Assembly: GCA_903913965.1 (NCBI GenBank)
Contig: CAIWNB010000150.1
Location: 1 to 61,616 of the forward strand
From: an uncultured beta proteobacterium
GTDB lineage: Bacteria; Pseudomonadota; Gammaproteobacteria; Burkholderiales; SG8-41
Reading direction: 5' to 3'
DNA: 61,616 nucleotides
Position numbers and translations under genes: made by a program. The notes beneath the pieces were generated by a model that saw nothing but the letters and a program-made list of their open reading frames with translations, was not told the origin of the DNA and ran no database searches. Within the stretch, counting starts at the first letter, position 1. Every line of letters begins with the position of its first letter. Below, in pieces: positions 1 to 9,680 of this stretch.

Positions 1-273
1 CGTGTTCTTGAGAGCGCCGATGCAAACAGCTTTGCCACCGCCTGCCTTGCGCTCGCCGAGGTCGATTTCACGCCGCGGCTGGGCGGCATCCGCAATCAGA
101 CTCTGGTGATGGTCGGTGCGCTGGATGCAACCACCGCGCCCGCACTTGCACGCGAACTCGCCGCCGGCATCGCCGGCGCACGCTTCATGGAAATCCCCGG
201 TGTCGGTCACTGCCCGCAGATCGAGGATCCGCAGGCGTTTGTGGCGGCAGTCGAAGGCTTCCTGCTGATGTAA
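1..273 (+). CDS. alpha/beta-fold hydrolase, C-terminal fragment (5' end outside window)
   Basis: Frame 1 is open from the window edge to TAA at 271-273. The translation ...LVMVGALDATT...FMEIPGVGHCPQIEDPQAF... carries the C-terminal catalytic-His region typical of alpha/beta hydrolases (enol-lactonase-like). Confidence 0.6.
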   Translation, partial: RVLESADANSFATACLALAEVDFTPRLGGIRNQTLVMVGALDATTAPALARELAAGIAGARFMEIPGVGHCPQIEDPQAFVAAVEGFLLM

Positions 274-275
274 GC

Positions 276-2282
276 CTATTTCAGTACGCGCACCAGATTG
301 TTGAAGTCGTCGGTCCAGACACGGAAGCCAGCCGGGATCGTTATTGCAGTAGCCACACTGCGGATTTTTTCCGACTGCAACAGCGCCTTGTTGGCCGTGA
401 CGATGACTTGATCGGTACTTGATGTCCAGTAATCATTACCCGCTTCACTCTCCGGTGAGTCGCTGACCAGCACCGAGGCCAACCCAAACTCATTGGCCAA
501 GCTGGCGACGATGGGTGCGATATTGATAAAGCGATTGGTCGCCTGAAAGATGATGACGCCGCCGGGTTTGAGATGACGCAGATAAATCTGCATCGCCTCG
601 CGGGTCAACAAGTGCATGGGGATGGAATCGCCGGAGAAGGCGTCCATCGCCAGCACATCGAACTGCTGATCGGGTTCGCGTTCAAGACTCAGGCGCCCGT
701 CGCCGAGAACCACTTCAATTTTCGCCGGCGTATCGTTCATGAACGTGAATTCCCGCCGCGCAACATCGACGACCTGCGGATTGATTTCGTAGAAGCGGAA
801 CACGTCGCCCTTGCGCCCGTAGGCAATGACCGAACCGGCCCCCAGGCCAATGATGCCGACATTGCGCGGCGCTTCCGGCAGACTGGCAAACATGCGGCCG
901 TAACCGCTGGTGACGCCGAAATAACTGCTTGGGTGCAGGCGGTATTGCGGATCCATCAATTGACCGCCGTGCATGATGCCACCGTGCACAAGCGCACGGA
1001 ACGGCGTTGGCTCAGGGTTATCACGCACCTTAATTACACTATAAAAATTACGCATCATCAGACGCGAATCCGCGAACTGGTGCTGAATGGATTTGCCTGA
1101 ACCCCAGGCCGTCGCGCCGACCACCGCGACTGCACCAATCAACGACCACCACGCCAGCTTGTAGGTACGATAGAGCAACAAACAGGCGCAGGCGGTCAGC
1201 CCGATCGCCAGCTCGAAATAACCTTTCAACAGGTATGGGGCACCGAAGCCGACCAGCAGGCCGCCGACCGCCCCGCCCACCGAGATCATCAGGTAGTAGC
1301 GTGTCAAATGGCGCGGCGCCGGTTTGCTATGCGCCAGTTCACCGTGACAAAACATGCAGCAGACAAACAAACCGAGCAGATACATCGGTATGACCAGCTT
1401 CAGATTCAAGGAATCCGAATACCAGGCCATCAGCGGAACCAGGGCCGCCACCAGAACGAGAAACACCCCGCGCCGATACCAGCGCGGATGGTCGAAACAC
1501 AAAATGAAAGTTGCCAGGTAGAGCGACAGCGGAAGAATCCAGAGGAAGGGTAGCGAGGCGACGTTTTGCGTGATATGCGTGGTCACCGCCAGCAGAAGAA
1601 ATGTCGCGGTTGCCGCCAGCGTCATCCAGATCAACTGGGTGCCCAACTTGGGCGGCGCTTCCGGGGCCGCCGCCGCGGTCTCCGTGGACGCTTCAGCGCC
1701 GGTGACACGCATGCTGGCAATCGCCGCATAACCGCACAAACAAACGAACAGACCGTAGAACACCGACCACGCAATCGATTGCATGCGGGTGGTGACCCAA
1801 GGCTCGACCAAAAACGGATAAGCCAGCAAGGCCAGCAACGAAGCCAGATTCGATAATGCGAACAGGCGGTACGGAATGGCATGGTGAAAGCTGCGCGCAA
1901 ACCATGATTGCAACAGCGGACTGGTAGTCGACAATATGAAATACGGCAGACCGATGGTCAGGGTCAATAAACCCAGAATGCGCCAGCTCGGATTATCCTC
2001 ACCGCCGGGTTTCCACGACACGTCAGGGGTAATGGGCAGCACCAGCAAACTAACCGCCAGCAAGGCCAGATGCAGAATCACCTGCTTCCGGTGCGAGAGG
2101 TGACGGGTGGTGAAATCAGCATAGGCATAACCCGCAAGCAAGGCCATCTGGAAGAAAACCATGCAGGTCGCCCACACTGCGGCTGAACCGCCGAACCACG
2201 GCAGTATCTGTTTCGCAATGATCGGCTGGACAAGAAAAAGCAGAAAGGCGCCGAGGAAAATGGCGGAGGCGTAGAGGATCAT
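276..2282 (-). CDS. fused polytopic membrane domain / spermidine synthase-like (class I methyltransferase-fold) protein
   Basis: 668-aa ORF with ATG at 2282. The N-terminal ~400 aa are repeated hydrophobic segments. The C-terminal part (VGIIGLGAGS...FDVLAMDAFSGDSIPMHLLT...LKPGGVIIFQ) matches the spermidine synthase / PABS fold. Confidence 0.75.
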   Translation of the reverse strand: MILYASAIFLGAFLLFLVQPIIAKQILPWFGGSAAVWATCMVFFQMALLAGYAYADFTTRHLSHRKQVILHLALLAVSLLVLPITPDVSWKPGGEDNPSWRILGLLTLTIGLPYFILSTTSPLLQSWFARSFHHAIPYRLFALSNLASLLALLAYPFLVEPWVTTRMQSIAWSVFYGLFVCLCGYAAIASMRVTGAEASTETAAAAPEAPPKLGTQLIWMTLAATATFLLLAVTTHITQNVASLPFLWILPLSLYLATFILCFDHPRWYRRGVFLVLVAALVPLMAWYSDSLNLKLVIPMYLLGLFVCCMFCHGELAHSKPAPRHLTRYYLMISVGGAVGGLLVGFGAPYLLKGYFELAIGLTACACLLLYRTYKLAWWSLIGAVAVVGATAWGSGKSIQHQFADSRLMMRNFYSVIKVRDNPEPTPFRALVHGGIMHGGQLMDPQYRLHPSSYFGVTSGYGRMFASLPEAPRNVGIIGLGAGSVIAYGRKGDVFRFYEINPQVVDVARREFTFMNDTPAKIEVVLGDGRLSLEREPDQQFDVLAMDAFSGDSIPMHLLTREAMQIYLRHLKPGGVIIFQATNRFINIAPIVASLANEFGLASVLVSDSPESEAGNDYWTSSTDQVIVTANKALLQSEKIRSVATAITIPAGFRVWTDDFNNLVRVLK

Positions 2283-2384
2283 TTCGATGGCCTGGACAAA
2301 ATTACAAAGGCGCGATTCTAACAGGCTTGCCCGCTCCTCTGCCTCGGCAGGCGCGGGCGCAGCGCAGCGCGCGTCGGTCCGTTT

Positions 2385-3356
2385 TCAGAGCAAAGCGGAC
2401 ATGCCTTTGATATCGACATTACCGCCGCTGATCAGGATGCCGACACGCTTGCCGCGTGCATCAATTTTGCCCTCAAACAACGCCGCCGCGCCCAGCGCAC
2501 CGGTGGGCTCAACCACGATCTTCATGCGCTCCCAGAGGTAAAACATGGCGCGGACCAGTTCCGCGTCGCTGACCGTGTGCATTTCGCGCACGTGCTCGAG
2601 AATCAATGGAAAGGTCAGCGTGCCAGCGCTACTGGTCCGCGCGCCGTCGGCAATGGTGTCGGGGTTATGCACGGTTTGCAGCACACCCGTTTTAAACGAG
2701 CGTGTTACATCATCACCAGCCTCGGGCTCCACACCAATCACACGGATGCCCGGCGACAGATGGTTGGCAGCAATCGCACAACCCGAAATCAAACCGCCAC
2801 CGCCACACGGCACTAACAGGTAATCAAGCGGCCCGGTTTCCTCGATCAACTCCAGCGCTGCAGTCCCCTGCCCGGCGAGAATGTGCGCATGATCAAACGG
2901 CGGAATCACCGTCAAGCCGCGCTTTTCCGCGAGCCCTTTGGCGATCAGCTCGCGATTTTGAGTTAGCGGATCGTAGGTCACCACCTCAGCACCATAGTCG
3001 CGCGTCGCCTGCAATTTCACCGACGGCGCGTTCGACGGCATGACAATGGTGGCAGGAATGCCCAGCAAGCGACCCGCCAGCGCCACAGCCTGAGCGTGAT
3101 TACCCGACGAAAAAGCCACCACCCCGGTCTGGCGTTGCCTGACGTCAAGACAGGACAATGCGTTATAGGCGCCGCGAAACTTGAAGGCCCCCATGCGCTG
3201 AAAGTTCTCGCACTTAAAGAATACCTGCGCGCCCGTCCGGCGATCGACGGTAGCCGAGGTCAGCACCGGCGTCCTATGCGCAACGCCTTTGAGCCGCTGC
3301 GCGGCCGCAGCGACATCGGCAAAAACAACCGGTGATTTATTCAATTCACTCATCAC
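2385..3356 (-). CDS. PLP-dependent threonine/serine dehydratase family enzyme (serine racemase / threo-3-hydroxyaspartate ammonia-lyase-like)
   Basis: 323 aa. The PLP-lysine motif FKCENFQRMGAFKFRGAYNA and the glycine loop PCGGGGLISG are typical of fold-type II dehydratases. Confidence 0.85.
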   Translation of the reverse strand: MMSELNKSPVVFADVAAAAQRLKGVAHRTPVLTSATVDRRTGAQVFFKCENFQRMGAFKFRGAYNALSCLDVRQRQTGVVAFSSGNHAQAVALAGRLLGIPATIVMPSNAPSVKLQATRDYGAEVVTYDPLTQNRELIAKGLAEKRGLTVIPPFDHAHILAGQGTAALELIEETGPLDYLLVPCGGGGLISGCAIAANHLSPGIRVIGVEPEAGDDVTRSFKTGVLQTVHNPDTIADGARTSSAGTLTFPLILEHVREMHTVSDAELVRAMFYLWERMKIVVEPTGALGAAALFEGKIDARGKRVGILISGGNVDIKGMSALL

Positions 3357-3457
3357 ATAACCATTGTAAAAATCGGAACACTCGCACTGCCCCCAAATCC
3401 AGGTTCACAATGCTGTGGGCGTCGACCTACATCCTTGGCTCAAGTAATACCCGAAGA

Positions 3458-3493
3458 AATATTATTATTTTTATATATAAAAAACAATAATTT
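3458..3493. repeat. AT-only imperfect palindrome inside a ~60-bp AT island
   Basis: AATATTATTATTTTTATATATAAAAAACAATAATTT. The arms ATTATTATTTTTATA and TATAAAAAACAATAAT are near reverse complements. The flanks are GC-rich. Confidence 0.6.
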
Positions 3494-3573
3494 AATACGA
3501 ATATATCATCTGATTTCGAGAATCTTGGGAGGGATACCCCCGCCACAAGACACTCGAAACTCGCGCTATCGCC

Positions 3574-5796
3574 CTAGGCCAGGGACGCTTTAACCCTTTC
3601 CGGCAACAGCGGAAGATCTCGCACTCTGCGCCCAGTGGCATGCGCCACCGCGTTGGCAATCGCTGCCACCGTCGGGCCCTGCGAGCCCTCGCCCGTACCC
3701 AAGGATTTCTCATCCGGCCGATCCAGCAACACGATCTCAACCGCCGGCACATCCGCAAAGGTCAGGATCGGATATTCGGACCAACTGCGGGTCAAAACCT
3801 TTTGCCGGTCATATTGCAACTGCTCTTTCAGGGTCCAACTGGTCGACTGGATGATGCCGCCTTCAATCTGGTTCTTGACGCCATCAGGATTGACGATCAT
3901 GCCCGCATCGACCGCCGCAAATGCCCGCCTGACGTGCACCTTGCCATTGGAGCGGTCGATCTCGACGTCCACTACCATTGCCACATAAGAGGCCAGATTC
4001 TTGTATTTCGCGAATGCGAATCCGCGCCCATGGGAGCCATCCCCCTTGAGACCAGCCTTCCAACCCGCTTTTTGCGCCACCGCTTCAATCACCGCCCGCG
4101 CCCGTGGGTCTTTCATATGACGCAGCCGGAATTCAACCGGATCTACCGCAGCCGCAAAGGCAAGCTCATCGATGAACGACTCGGCGGCAAACACATTGGC
4201 GTAAGCCCCCAGGGTGCGCAGCGCCGAGGTGCGCAGCGGCATCTCTGGCAGGTAATGCAACATCACGCGCTGGTTGGGAAAATCATAGAGCGGCACCGCA
4301 TTGCGGTCGGCCGCGCCGCTTGGTTGCGGGGAGTTGACGGGGTCGCCCAACATTTGCGGTTTTGCCAGATATTCACCGGCCAACAGGTTTGTACCAGGAC
4401 CACCCGGTCGCGTGCTATGCGGATGACTCCAGATATCATGACGCCATTCGACTATCTGTCCACTCTCGTTCAAGCGCCCACGCATCTTCATGACCATCGG
4501 CGAACCGTAGGGCTCCCAGCCGAATTCGTCTTCGCGCATCCACTGCAACTTGACCGGCCGGCCACCCGTCGCTCGTGCCAGCAGAGCCACATCCCCGGCC
4601 ACATCGTCGGCGGCGTTGTGACCATAACAACCTGAGCCTTCGACGTGCACCGCCGTAACACTGCCCTCCGCCATACCGGTCAGCCGGGCTAAATGCTGCC
4701 GCAAGGGAAACACGCCCTGGCTATGCGTCCAGACCGTCAGCCGCCCCTCTTTTAATTGTGCGATAGCGCAAGACGGACCAATCGAGGCATGACATTGATA
4801 CGGTCTGGTGTAGGTCGCCTCTATCGTCTCTACCCGTCCACCTCCGGTGCTGCCGGCCTTGACGCTGACCACGACGTCTTTGGAGGGGATTTTTTGCAAA
4901 TGCTCATAGAGTTCCATGCCGCGTGGCGGCAGGTCGGCGACTTCCGACCATTTGGCCATGGCACGCATTTTTTCTGCAGCCTTGATGGCCTGCTCTTCAC
5001 GCTCAGCCGCCACGGCCAGAAAATTACCGTCGCGCAATACTGTGACCACGCCGGGCATGGCACGCACCACCGCTTCGTCCAACGCTTCAAGCCGCGCCCG
5101 TCGGGAAGGTGGTCGAACGACACGACCAAACACCATGCCGGGCATGCGCATGTCCTGCACGTAAGCCGCTTCCCCACGCACTTTTTTCGGAATATCGCGG
5201 CGCGGCACCGACTTGCCGATCAAATTGCGTCGGGCTGCGACCTTCGGCTTGGCCCGCGCAGTCGCCTCGCGCTTGAAGTTGGCGCCCTGCGCCAGTTCCC
5301 AATACGTCGTTTTTGCATTACCCGCAGTGACCGTCCCGTCGCTGACTGTCAGGCCGCCAGCCGGCACGCCAAGACGCGCCGCCGCGAGCTGCAACATAAT
5401 GTCGCGCGCCTCTGCAGCCGCAAAATGCAAAGCCGTGCCGCTTTGCTCGACCGACTGACTTCCCGCGGTCATGCCCTCGTTTGGGCTACGCGAAGTATCT
5501 GTCGCGATCATATCGATACGATCAATATTGACGTCAAGCTCATCAGCCGTAATTTGCGCCAATGCGGTAAGTATGCCCTGCCCAAGCTCGACCTTACCCG
5601 TAAAAACAGTCACGCGGCCATCAGCATTAATGCGCAACCAGCCGTCCAGCATACGGTTCGTTTGCAGGCTGCCAGGCAGCGCAACCGCTTGGGTCTGCGC
5701 CATTACCACCGGAAACAAGCTAAAACCAACAACGACCCCGGCACTGCGCTTGAGAAAAGAACGTCTGCCAGCAGCTTGAATCAGAGCCTCGCTCAT
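3574..5796 (-). CDS. molybdopterin-binding oxidoreductase large subunit (IorB / aldehyde oxidase beta-subunit family), Tat-exported
   Basis: 740 aa. N-terminal twin-arginine motif GRRSFLKRSAG followed by a hydrophobic stretch and AQ. The length, and the 4-bp overlap with the upstream 2Fe-2S subunit gene, are typical of IorAB-type enzymes. Confidence 0.8.
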   Translation of the reverse strand: MSEALIQAAGRRSFLKRSAGVVVGFSLFPVVMAQTQAVALPGSLQTNRMLDGWLRINADGRVTVFTGKVELGQGILTALAQITADELDVNIDRIDMIATDTSRSPNEGMTAGSQSVEQSGTALHFAAAEARDIMLQLAAARLGVPAGGLTVSDGTVTAGNAKTTYWELAQGANFKREATARAKPKVAARRNLIGKSVPRRDIPKKVRGEAAYVQDMRMPGMVFGRVVRPPSRRARLEALDEAVVRAMPGVVTVLRDGNFLAVAAEREEQAIKAAEKMRAMAKWSEVADLPPRGMELYEHLQKIPSKDVVVSVKAGSTGGGRVETIEATYTRPYQCHASIGPSCAIAQLKEGRLTVWTHSQGVFPLRQHLARLTGMAEGSVTAVHVEGSGCYGHNAADDVAGDVALLARATGGRPVKLQWMREDEFGWEPYGSPMVMKMRGRLNESGQIVEWRHDIWSHPHSTRPGGPGTNLLAGEYLAKPQMLGDPVNSPQPSGAADRNAVPLYDFPNQRVMLHYLPEMPLRTSALRTLGAYANVFAAESFIDELAFAAAVDPVEFRLRHMKDPRARAVIEAVAQKAGWKAGLKGDGSHGRGFAFAKYKNLASYVAMVVDVEIDRSNGKVHVRRAFAAVDAGMIVNPDGVKNQIEGGIIQSTSWTLKEQLQYDRQKVLTRSWSEYPILTFADVPAVEIVLLDRPDEKSLGTGEGSQGPTVAAIANAVAHATGRRVRDLPLLPERVKASLA

Positions 5797-6299
5797 GCTT
5801 GCACTCCTTCCACACCCACGGCCATACCGACTTTTTTACCCGCCATCATGTCCGCCGCGCGCTGCACCGCGCGAACGATTCGGTTATGCGTGCCGCAGCG
5901 ACATAGATTGGCCGCCAGCGCCTTGCGAATTTGCGCTTCGGTCGGGCGCGGGGTTCGCTCTAAAAATACTTTTGCGGTCATGATCATGCCGCTGGTGCAA
6001 TAACCGCATTGCGCGGCCTGCTCGTCAATAAATGCCTGCTGCAGGGGGTGTAACGCGCCCGCCTGCGCCAACCCTTCCAGAGTGGTGATAGCTCGTCCAC
6101 TCGCCGTGGAGAGCGCCGTCACACAAGAGCGTACGGCCTTGCCATCGAGAGCAACCGTGCAAGCACCGCACTGGGAAACCCCGCAGCCATATTTGGCGCC
6201 GTTCAGTCCGAGGTCATTACGCAATACATAAAGCAATGGCGTATCCGCCGCCGCCTCCGACGCATGTGCCTTGCCGTTCACATTGATTGTTAAGGACAT
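5793..6299 (-). CDS. (2Fe-2S)-binding small subunit of molybdoenzyme (IorA-like)
   Basis: 168 aa. Has a plant-type cluster motif (CGVSQCGACTV) and a second cluster motif (QCGYCTSG...CRCGTH). Translationally coupled to the large subunit. Confidence 0.85.
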   Translation of the reverse strand: MSLTINVNGKAHASEAAADTPLLYVLRNDLGLNGAKYGCGVSQCGACTVALDGKAVRSCVTALSTASGRAITTLEGLAQAGALHPLQQAFIDEQAAQCGYCTSGMIMTAKVFLERTPRPTEAQIRKALAANLCRCGTHNRIVRAVQRAADMMAGKKVGMAVGVEGVQA

Positions 6300-6448
6300 C
6301 GCTTCCCCTGGCTTCAGTTTTATCGTGTTGCGATTTTAGCGCATGAAAACAGCCATTCATCTTGATTTGTGAGGGCTCGCAGAGCGCTCACATGGGACTG
6401 TTTCGCGCTATACTTTGCCCCCAATTGCCCGCTCCAAGGTGTCTGCCC

Positions 6449-6652
6449 ATGCAGCCCGATTTTGAATCGATCAGGCGACGCGTCAACGAACTAAAAGTCG
6501 AACATCGCGACCTCGATGATATTGTTGCCCGCCTTGCCCTTGAGCCCGGGCAAGACCAGCTTCAACTGCAACGACTGAAGAAAAGAAAACTGCTGCTCAA
6601 AGATCAGATCCTCCATCTTGAGCGGCAACTGAGTCCTGATATTTTGGCTTGA
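6449..6652 (+). CDS. DUF465 (YdcH-like) small coiled-coil protein
   Basis: Internal ATG at 6449 of the 6362..6652 ORF. The pattern ELKVEHRDLDDIV...LKKRKLLLKDQI matches the DUF465 signature. Confidence 0.6.
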   Translation: MQPDFESIRRRVNELKVEHRDLDDIVARLALEPGQDQLQLQRLKKRKLLLKDQILHLERQLSPDILA

Positions 6653-6685
6653 GCCGAACCAGTGTTCCAGTCGACATTGTGAAGT

Positions 6686-6713
6686 TGTTTTTGTAGCATT
6701 ACGCGCAAAAACA
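6686..6713. terminator. weak AT-rich hairpin between convergent DUF465 gene and dsbB
   Basis: TGTTTTTG-N12-CAAAAACA forms an 8-bp stem. Confidence 0.25.
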
Positions 6714-6738
6714 GGCAGTGACTACCACCAGCAAGCGA

Positions 6739-7266
6739 TCAGACTAACGCATCCCGGTCGCGTCGACCCACCAGAACCGCAATCACAATTGCGTAGATGC
6801 CAAGCAGCACCAGGCACAGCAAAGACCACTCGGCAATACTCAAGCTCATGAAGCGCCAGCTAACCTCGGCGCATTCACCAGAGCCGCGAAAAATCTTTTC
6901 AAACGCCTGGCTGAGCGGAAACCGGTTCAGCATGTATTCAAGTCCCGGACCACATTCCGGCACCCGATCCTTCGGCAAGTGCTGGAGCCATACGTGACGG
7001 GTGGCGACGCCTGCACCCAAAACAGCGATCAACGCCAGCACCACACTGTAAATCCAGACCCCAACACGTCCCGGTGAATGAACCGCCCCTAGCAAAAAAA
7101 CGACACCCAACCCGATGAACGCTACCCTTTGCAATATGCAAAGAGGGCAAGGATTCTGGTATTCGTAATGCTGAAGAAAAAGCGCGTAGGCAATCAACGC
7201 GGCACAAATAAGAAAGCCCGCGAAATATCCTAAGCGCGGCGTGAGCTTGGATAGCAACCGATTCAT
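6739..7266 (-). CDS. dsbB: disulfide bond formation protein B
   Basis: ATG at 7266 (MNRLLSKL...). Four TM segments with a CPLCILQR pair in periplasmic loop 1 and a second Cys pair (PECGPG...CAEV) in loop 2. Confidence 0.8.
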   Translation of the reverse strand: MNRLLSKLTPRLGYFAGFLICAALIAYALFLQHYEYQNPCPLCILQRVAFIGLGVVFLLGAVHSPGRVGVWIYSVVLALIAVLGAGVATRHVWLQHLPKDRVPECGPGLEYMLNRFPLSQAFEKIFRGSGECAEVSWRFMSLSIAEWSLLCLVLLGIYAIVIAVLVGRRDRDALV

Positions 7267-7475
7267 GGTTTTATCAACCCGCAAGTTGGCAAAAATCCAT
7301 TCTAGCAAAGCCCCGCGAACATACTGCGGTGAAATCGCTTCACAACGGAAAAACCCGCTTGAAATAGCACCCCGATCCAATCAAGTCTTCGCGACCTATG
7401 GAGTCAGGCGATTCAACACCACTGCCTGCGCTTGGGACGCTTGTGAGCCGACAGCCGCCCAAGTAGACTGCAACG

Positions 7476-7895
7476 ATGCGCATTTCAGAACAAATTGTGA
7501 TCGATGAAAAAGAGCTGGACGAACAATTTGTTCGCGCCTCAGGGCCGGGCGGCCAAAACGTCAACAAGGTTTCGACCGCCGTTCAGCTTCGATTTCGTGC
7601 GACTTCCTCGTCCTCACTGACTCCCGATGTATGCGCCAGACTGCTGAAGCTGGCGGGCAACCGAGCCACCGCCAGCGGCGAAATTATCATCATCGCGCAA
7701 CGCTTCCGCACACAAACCCAAAACCGCGTAGATGCACGCGCAAGGCTGGCGGCGATGATACTCAGCGCCTTCCTTCCCCCCAAGCTTCGCAGGGCGACCA
7801 AACCAACTTTTGGCTCAAAGAAACGGCGCCTTGAGACCAAACAACGTGTGGGATCGATTAAAAGGCTGCGCGGCTCGGTTGCAGGGGATGAATGA
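7476..7895 (+). CDS. arfB: alternative ribosome-rescue factor ArfB (peptidyl-tRNA hydrolase, class I RF domain)
   Basis: 139 aa. Has the GGQ motif in SGPGGQNVNKVSTAV and a basic C-terminal tail (KKRRLETKQRVGSIKRLR). Confidence 0.85.
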   Translation: MRISEQIVIDEKELDEQFVRASGPGGQNVNKVSTAVQLRFRATSSSSLTPDVCARLLKLAGNRATASGEIIIIAQRFRTQTQNRVDARARLAAMILSAFLPPKLRRATKPTFGSKKRRLETKQRVGSIKRLRGSVAGDE

Positions 7896-8038
7896 TTCCT
7901 GAGAATTCCGCGGTCAGGCCCAAGATTTCTGTAGATAGACGCCAAATTTGCGCTGCGCTAAGATTCGCCGCGCATTTCTGAAAATGTTCTAACCCGTTCC
8001 GGGCTACGTACGAAACCATAACAATCCAGGAGAACCGA

Positions 8039-8488
8039 ATGAACGTCAAAGCGATAGCAGCCGCCGCGGTAATGTCGATCGCCGCCAGCGGTGCGCTGGC
8101 ACAGGCCAAACCAGAGACGCTGGTGAAACAGCGCCAGGCAGCGATGACCCTGCAAAGCAAATACTTTGGCCCAATGCGGATGATGGGATTGGGCAAGATG
8201 CCCTATGACGCCGCGGTGGTCGCGCGTAATGCGCCCATGCTGGACGCACTCGCAAGAATGCCCTGGGATGGTTTCACCGCAAACACCAAGGATATCAAGA
8301 CCGGTGCCCTGCCCGCCGTATATTCGGATGTAGCTAAATTCAAAGAGGCTGAAGATCGTTTTATGGCTGAAACGGCAAAACTGGTCAGCATTTCGAAAAG
8401 CGGTGACGAAGCCGCGATTAAAGCTCAAATCGTGGCCATCGATAAATCATGCAGCGGCTGCCACGAAACCTACCGTGAACGGCAATAG
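8039..8488 (+). CDS. class II c-type cytochrome (cytochrome c' / c556 family)
   Basis: 149 aa. Has a signal peptide, a four-helix-bundle length, and a single C-terminal haem site CSGCHETYR. SD CAGGAG lies upstream. Confidence 0.8.
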   Translation: MNVKAIAAAAVMSIAASGALAQAKPETLVKQRQAAMTLQSKYFGPMRMMGLGKMPYDAAVVARNAPMLDALARMPWDGFTANTKDIKTGALPAVYSDVAKFKEAEDRFMAETAKLVSISKSGDEAAIKAQIVAIDKSCSGCHETYRERQ

Positions 8489-8506
8489 GGACGGCCTGAC
8501 CTAACA

Positions 8507-9418
8507 ATGACCTCCCCCGCCATTGCTCGCAGGATCTGCGTTGCCCCGCCAAGTGGGCCAACCCTTTCCAAGGTATGCCGGTTAATGACGGGGGTGCTGT
8601 GCCTGATCGTATTATCGTTTGGCGGCGGTGCGATAGCGGCTGATGCGAAACGCGGTGAGTATCTTGCGGCAGCCGCGGGTTGCGCGGGTTGTCACACGGT
8701 GGCCGCCAAGACTACCGTGGCGTATGCCGGCGGCCGAGCACTCAAAACGCCTTTCGGGACCTTCTACGGCCCCAACATTACCCCCGACAAAATAGCTGGC
8801 ATCGGCAACTGGTCGGAGGCAGATTTTCTCCGTGCCATGCGGCACGGGGAACGTCCAGACGGCAAGAACTATTTTCCCGCCTTCCCATACCCGTCGTTCA
8901 CTAAAATCACCAATAGTGATTTGAAAGACTTGTGGGCTTTCCTGCAAAGTCTGCCGCCCAGTAGTCAGGCAAACAAATCTCATGAACTACGCTTTCCTTA
9001 TGGATTTCGCTTTTTGGTAACGGTTTGGAAGTGGCTGTTTTTTACAGCCGGACCTTCCAGTGAGATCGAGGGACCCGTGGCGCGTGGCGCCTATTTGGTT
9101 GGCGCACTTGGTCATTGCGGCGAATGCCACACCACGCGCAACTTTCTCGGCGGACCACAACGCAATCGCACCTTGGCCGGGGGCCTCGGCCCCGAGGGCA
9201 AACGTGTGCCCAATCTGACGCCGTCGCGGCTGAAATCATGGAGCGACACTGATCTACGGGAATTCTTCCTCAACGGTTCGACCCCGGATGGAGACACAGC
9301 CGCTGCACCAATGGATGAGGTCGTTCGAAATTCAACGAGCCGCCTGAAGCCTGCCGATTTAACTGCGGTGATCACCTACCTGCGTAGCCTGCCTGCAATT
9401 ACTGATGAGGCGCGCTAA
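8507..9418 (+). CDS. dihaem c-type cytochrome (dehydrogenase cytochrome c subunit-like)
   Basis: 303 aa with two CxxCH sites (CAGCH, CGECH) and an N-terminal hydrophobic segment. The true start may be the internal ATG at 8585. Confidence 0.75.
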   Translation: MTSPAIARRICVAPPSGPTLSKVCRLMTGVLCLIVLSFGGGAIAADAKRGEYLAAAAGCAGCHTVAAKTTVAYAGGRALKTPFGTFYGPNITPDKIAGIGNWSEADFLRAMRHGERPDGKNYFPAFPYPSFTKITNSDLKDLWAFLQSLPPSSQANKSHELRFPYGFRFLVTVWKWLFFTAGPSSEIEGPVARGAYLVGALGHCGECHTTRNFLGGPQRNRTLAGGLGPEGKRVPNLTPSRLKSWSDTDLREFFLNGSTPDGDTAAAPMDEVVRNSTSRLKPADLTAVITYLRSLPAITDEAR

Positions 9419-9600
9419 ATAAAGGCCGACGTATTGCCCGTGTATCAACGCGCCATGATGTCAGCGTTCCGGCGAATCTGCCGTATTTTCGGCAAGAGCC
9501 TATTTCCTTTAGCTGATTCCATGTGTAATTCCCAACTTTTCGTGAAAATTTTAACGGTTGCCCAGCGTTAACTTATAGGCCTGCATTTTGCTCTTGTTGT

Positions 9601-9626
9601 CCTTGCAGTGAAGAAGCACTGCAGGG
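9601..9626 (+). other. 10-bp stem hairpin in the leader of the small RRM-like ORF
   Basis: CCTTGCAGTG-AAGAAG-CACTGCAGGG (one G-T pair), 55 nt upstream of the ATG at 9681. Confidence 0.5.
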
Positions 9627-9680
9627 AATTGCGATTACCGCACATGCGCGGAGTCCCGTATACGACAAGAGGAAAAACGC

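Noticed and set aside
7896-8038. Possible NnrR/Dnr-type site (TTGCGCTGCGCTAA) upstream of the cytochrome c' gene.
   Set aside because: Only about half of the positions match either TTGAT-N4-ATCAA or TTGCG-N4-CGCAA. That is not distinguishable from chance.
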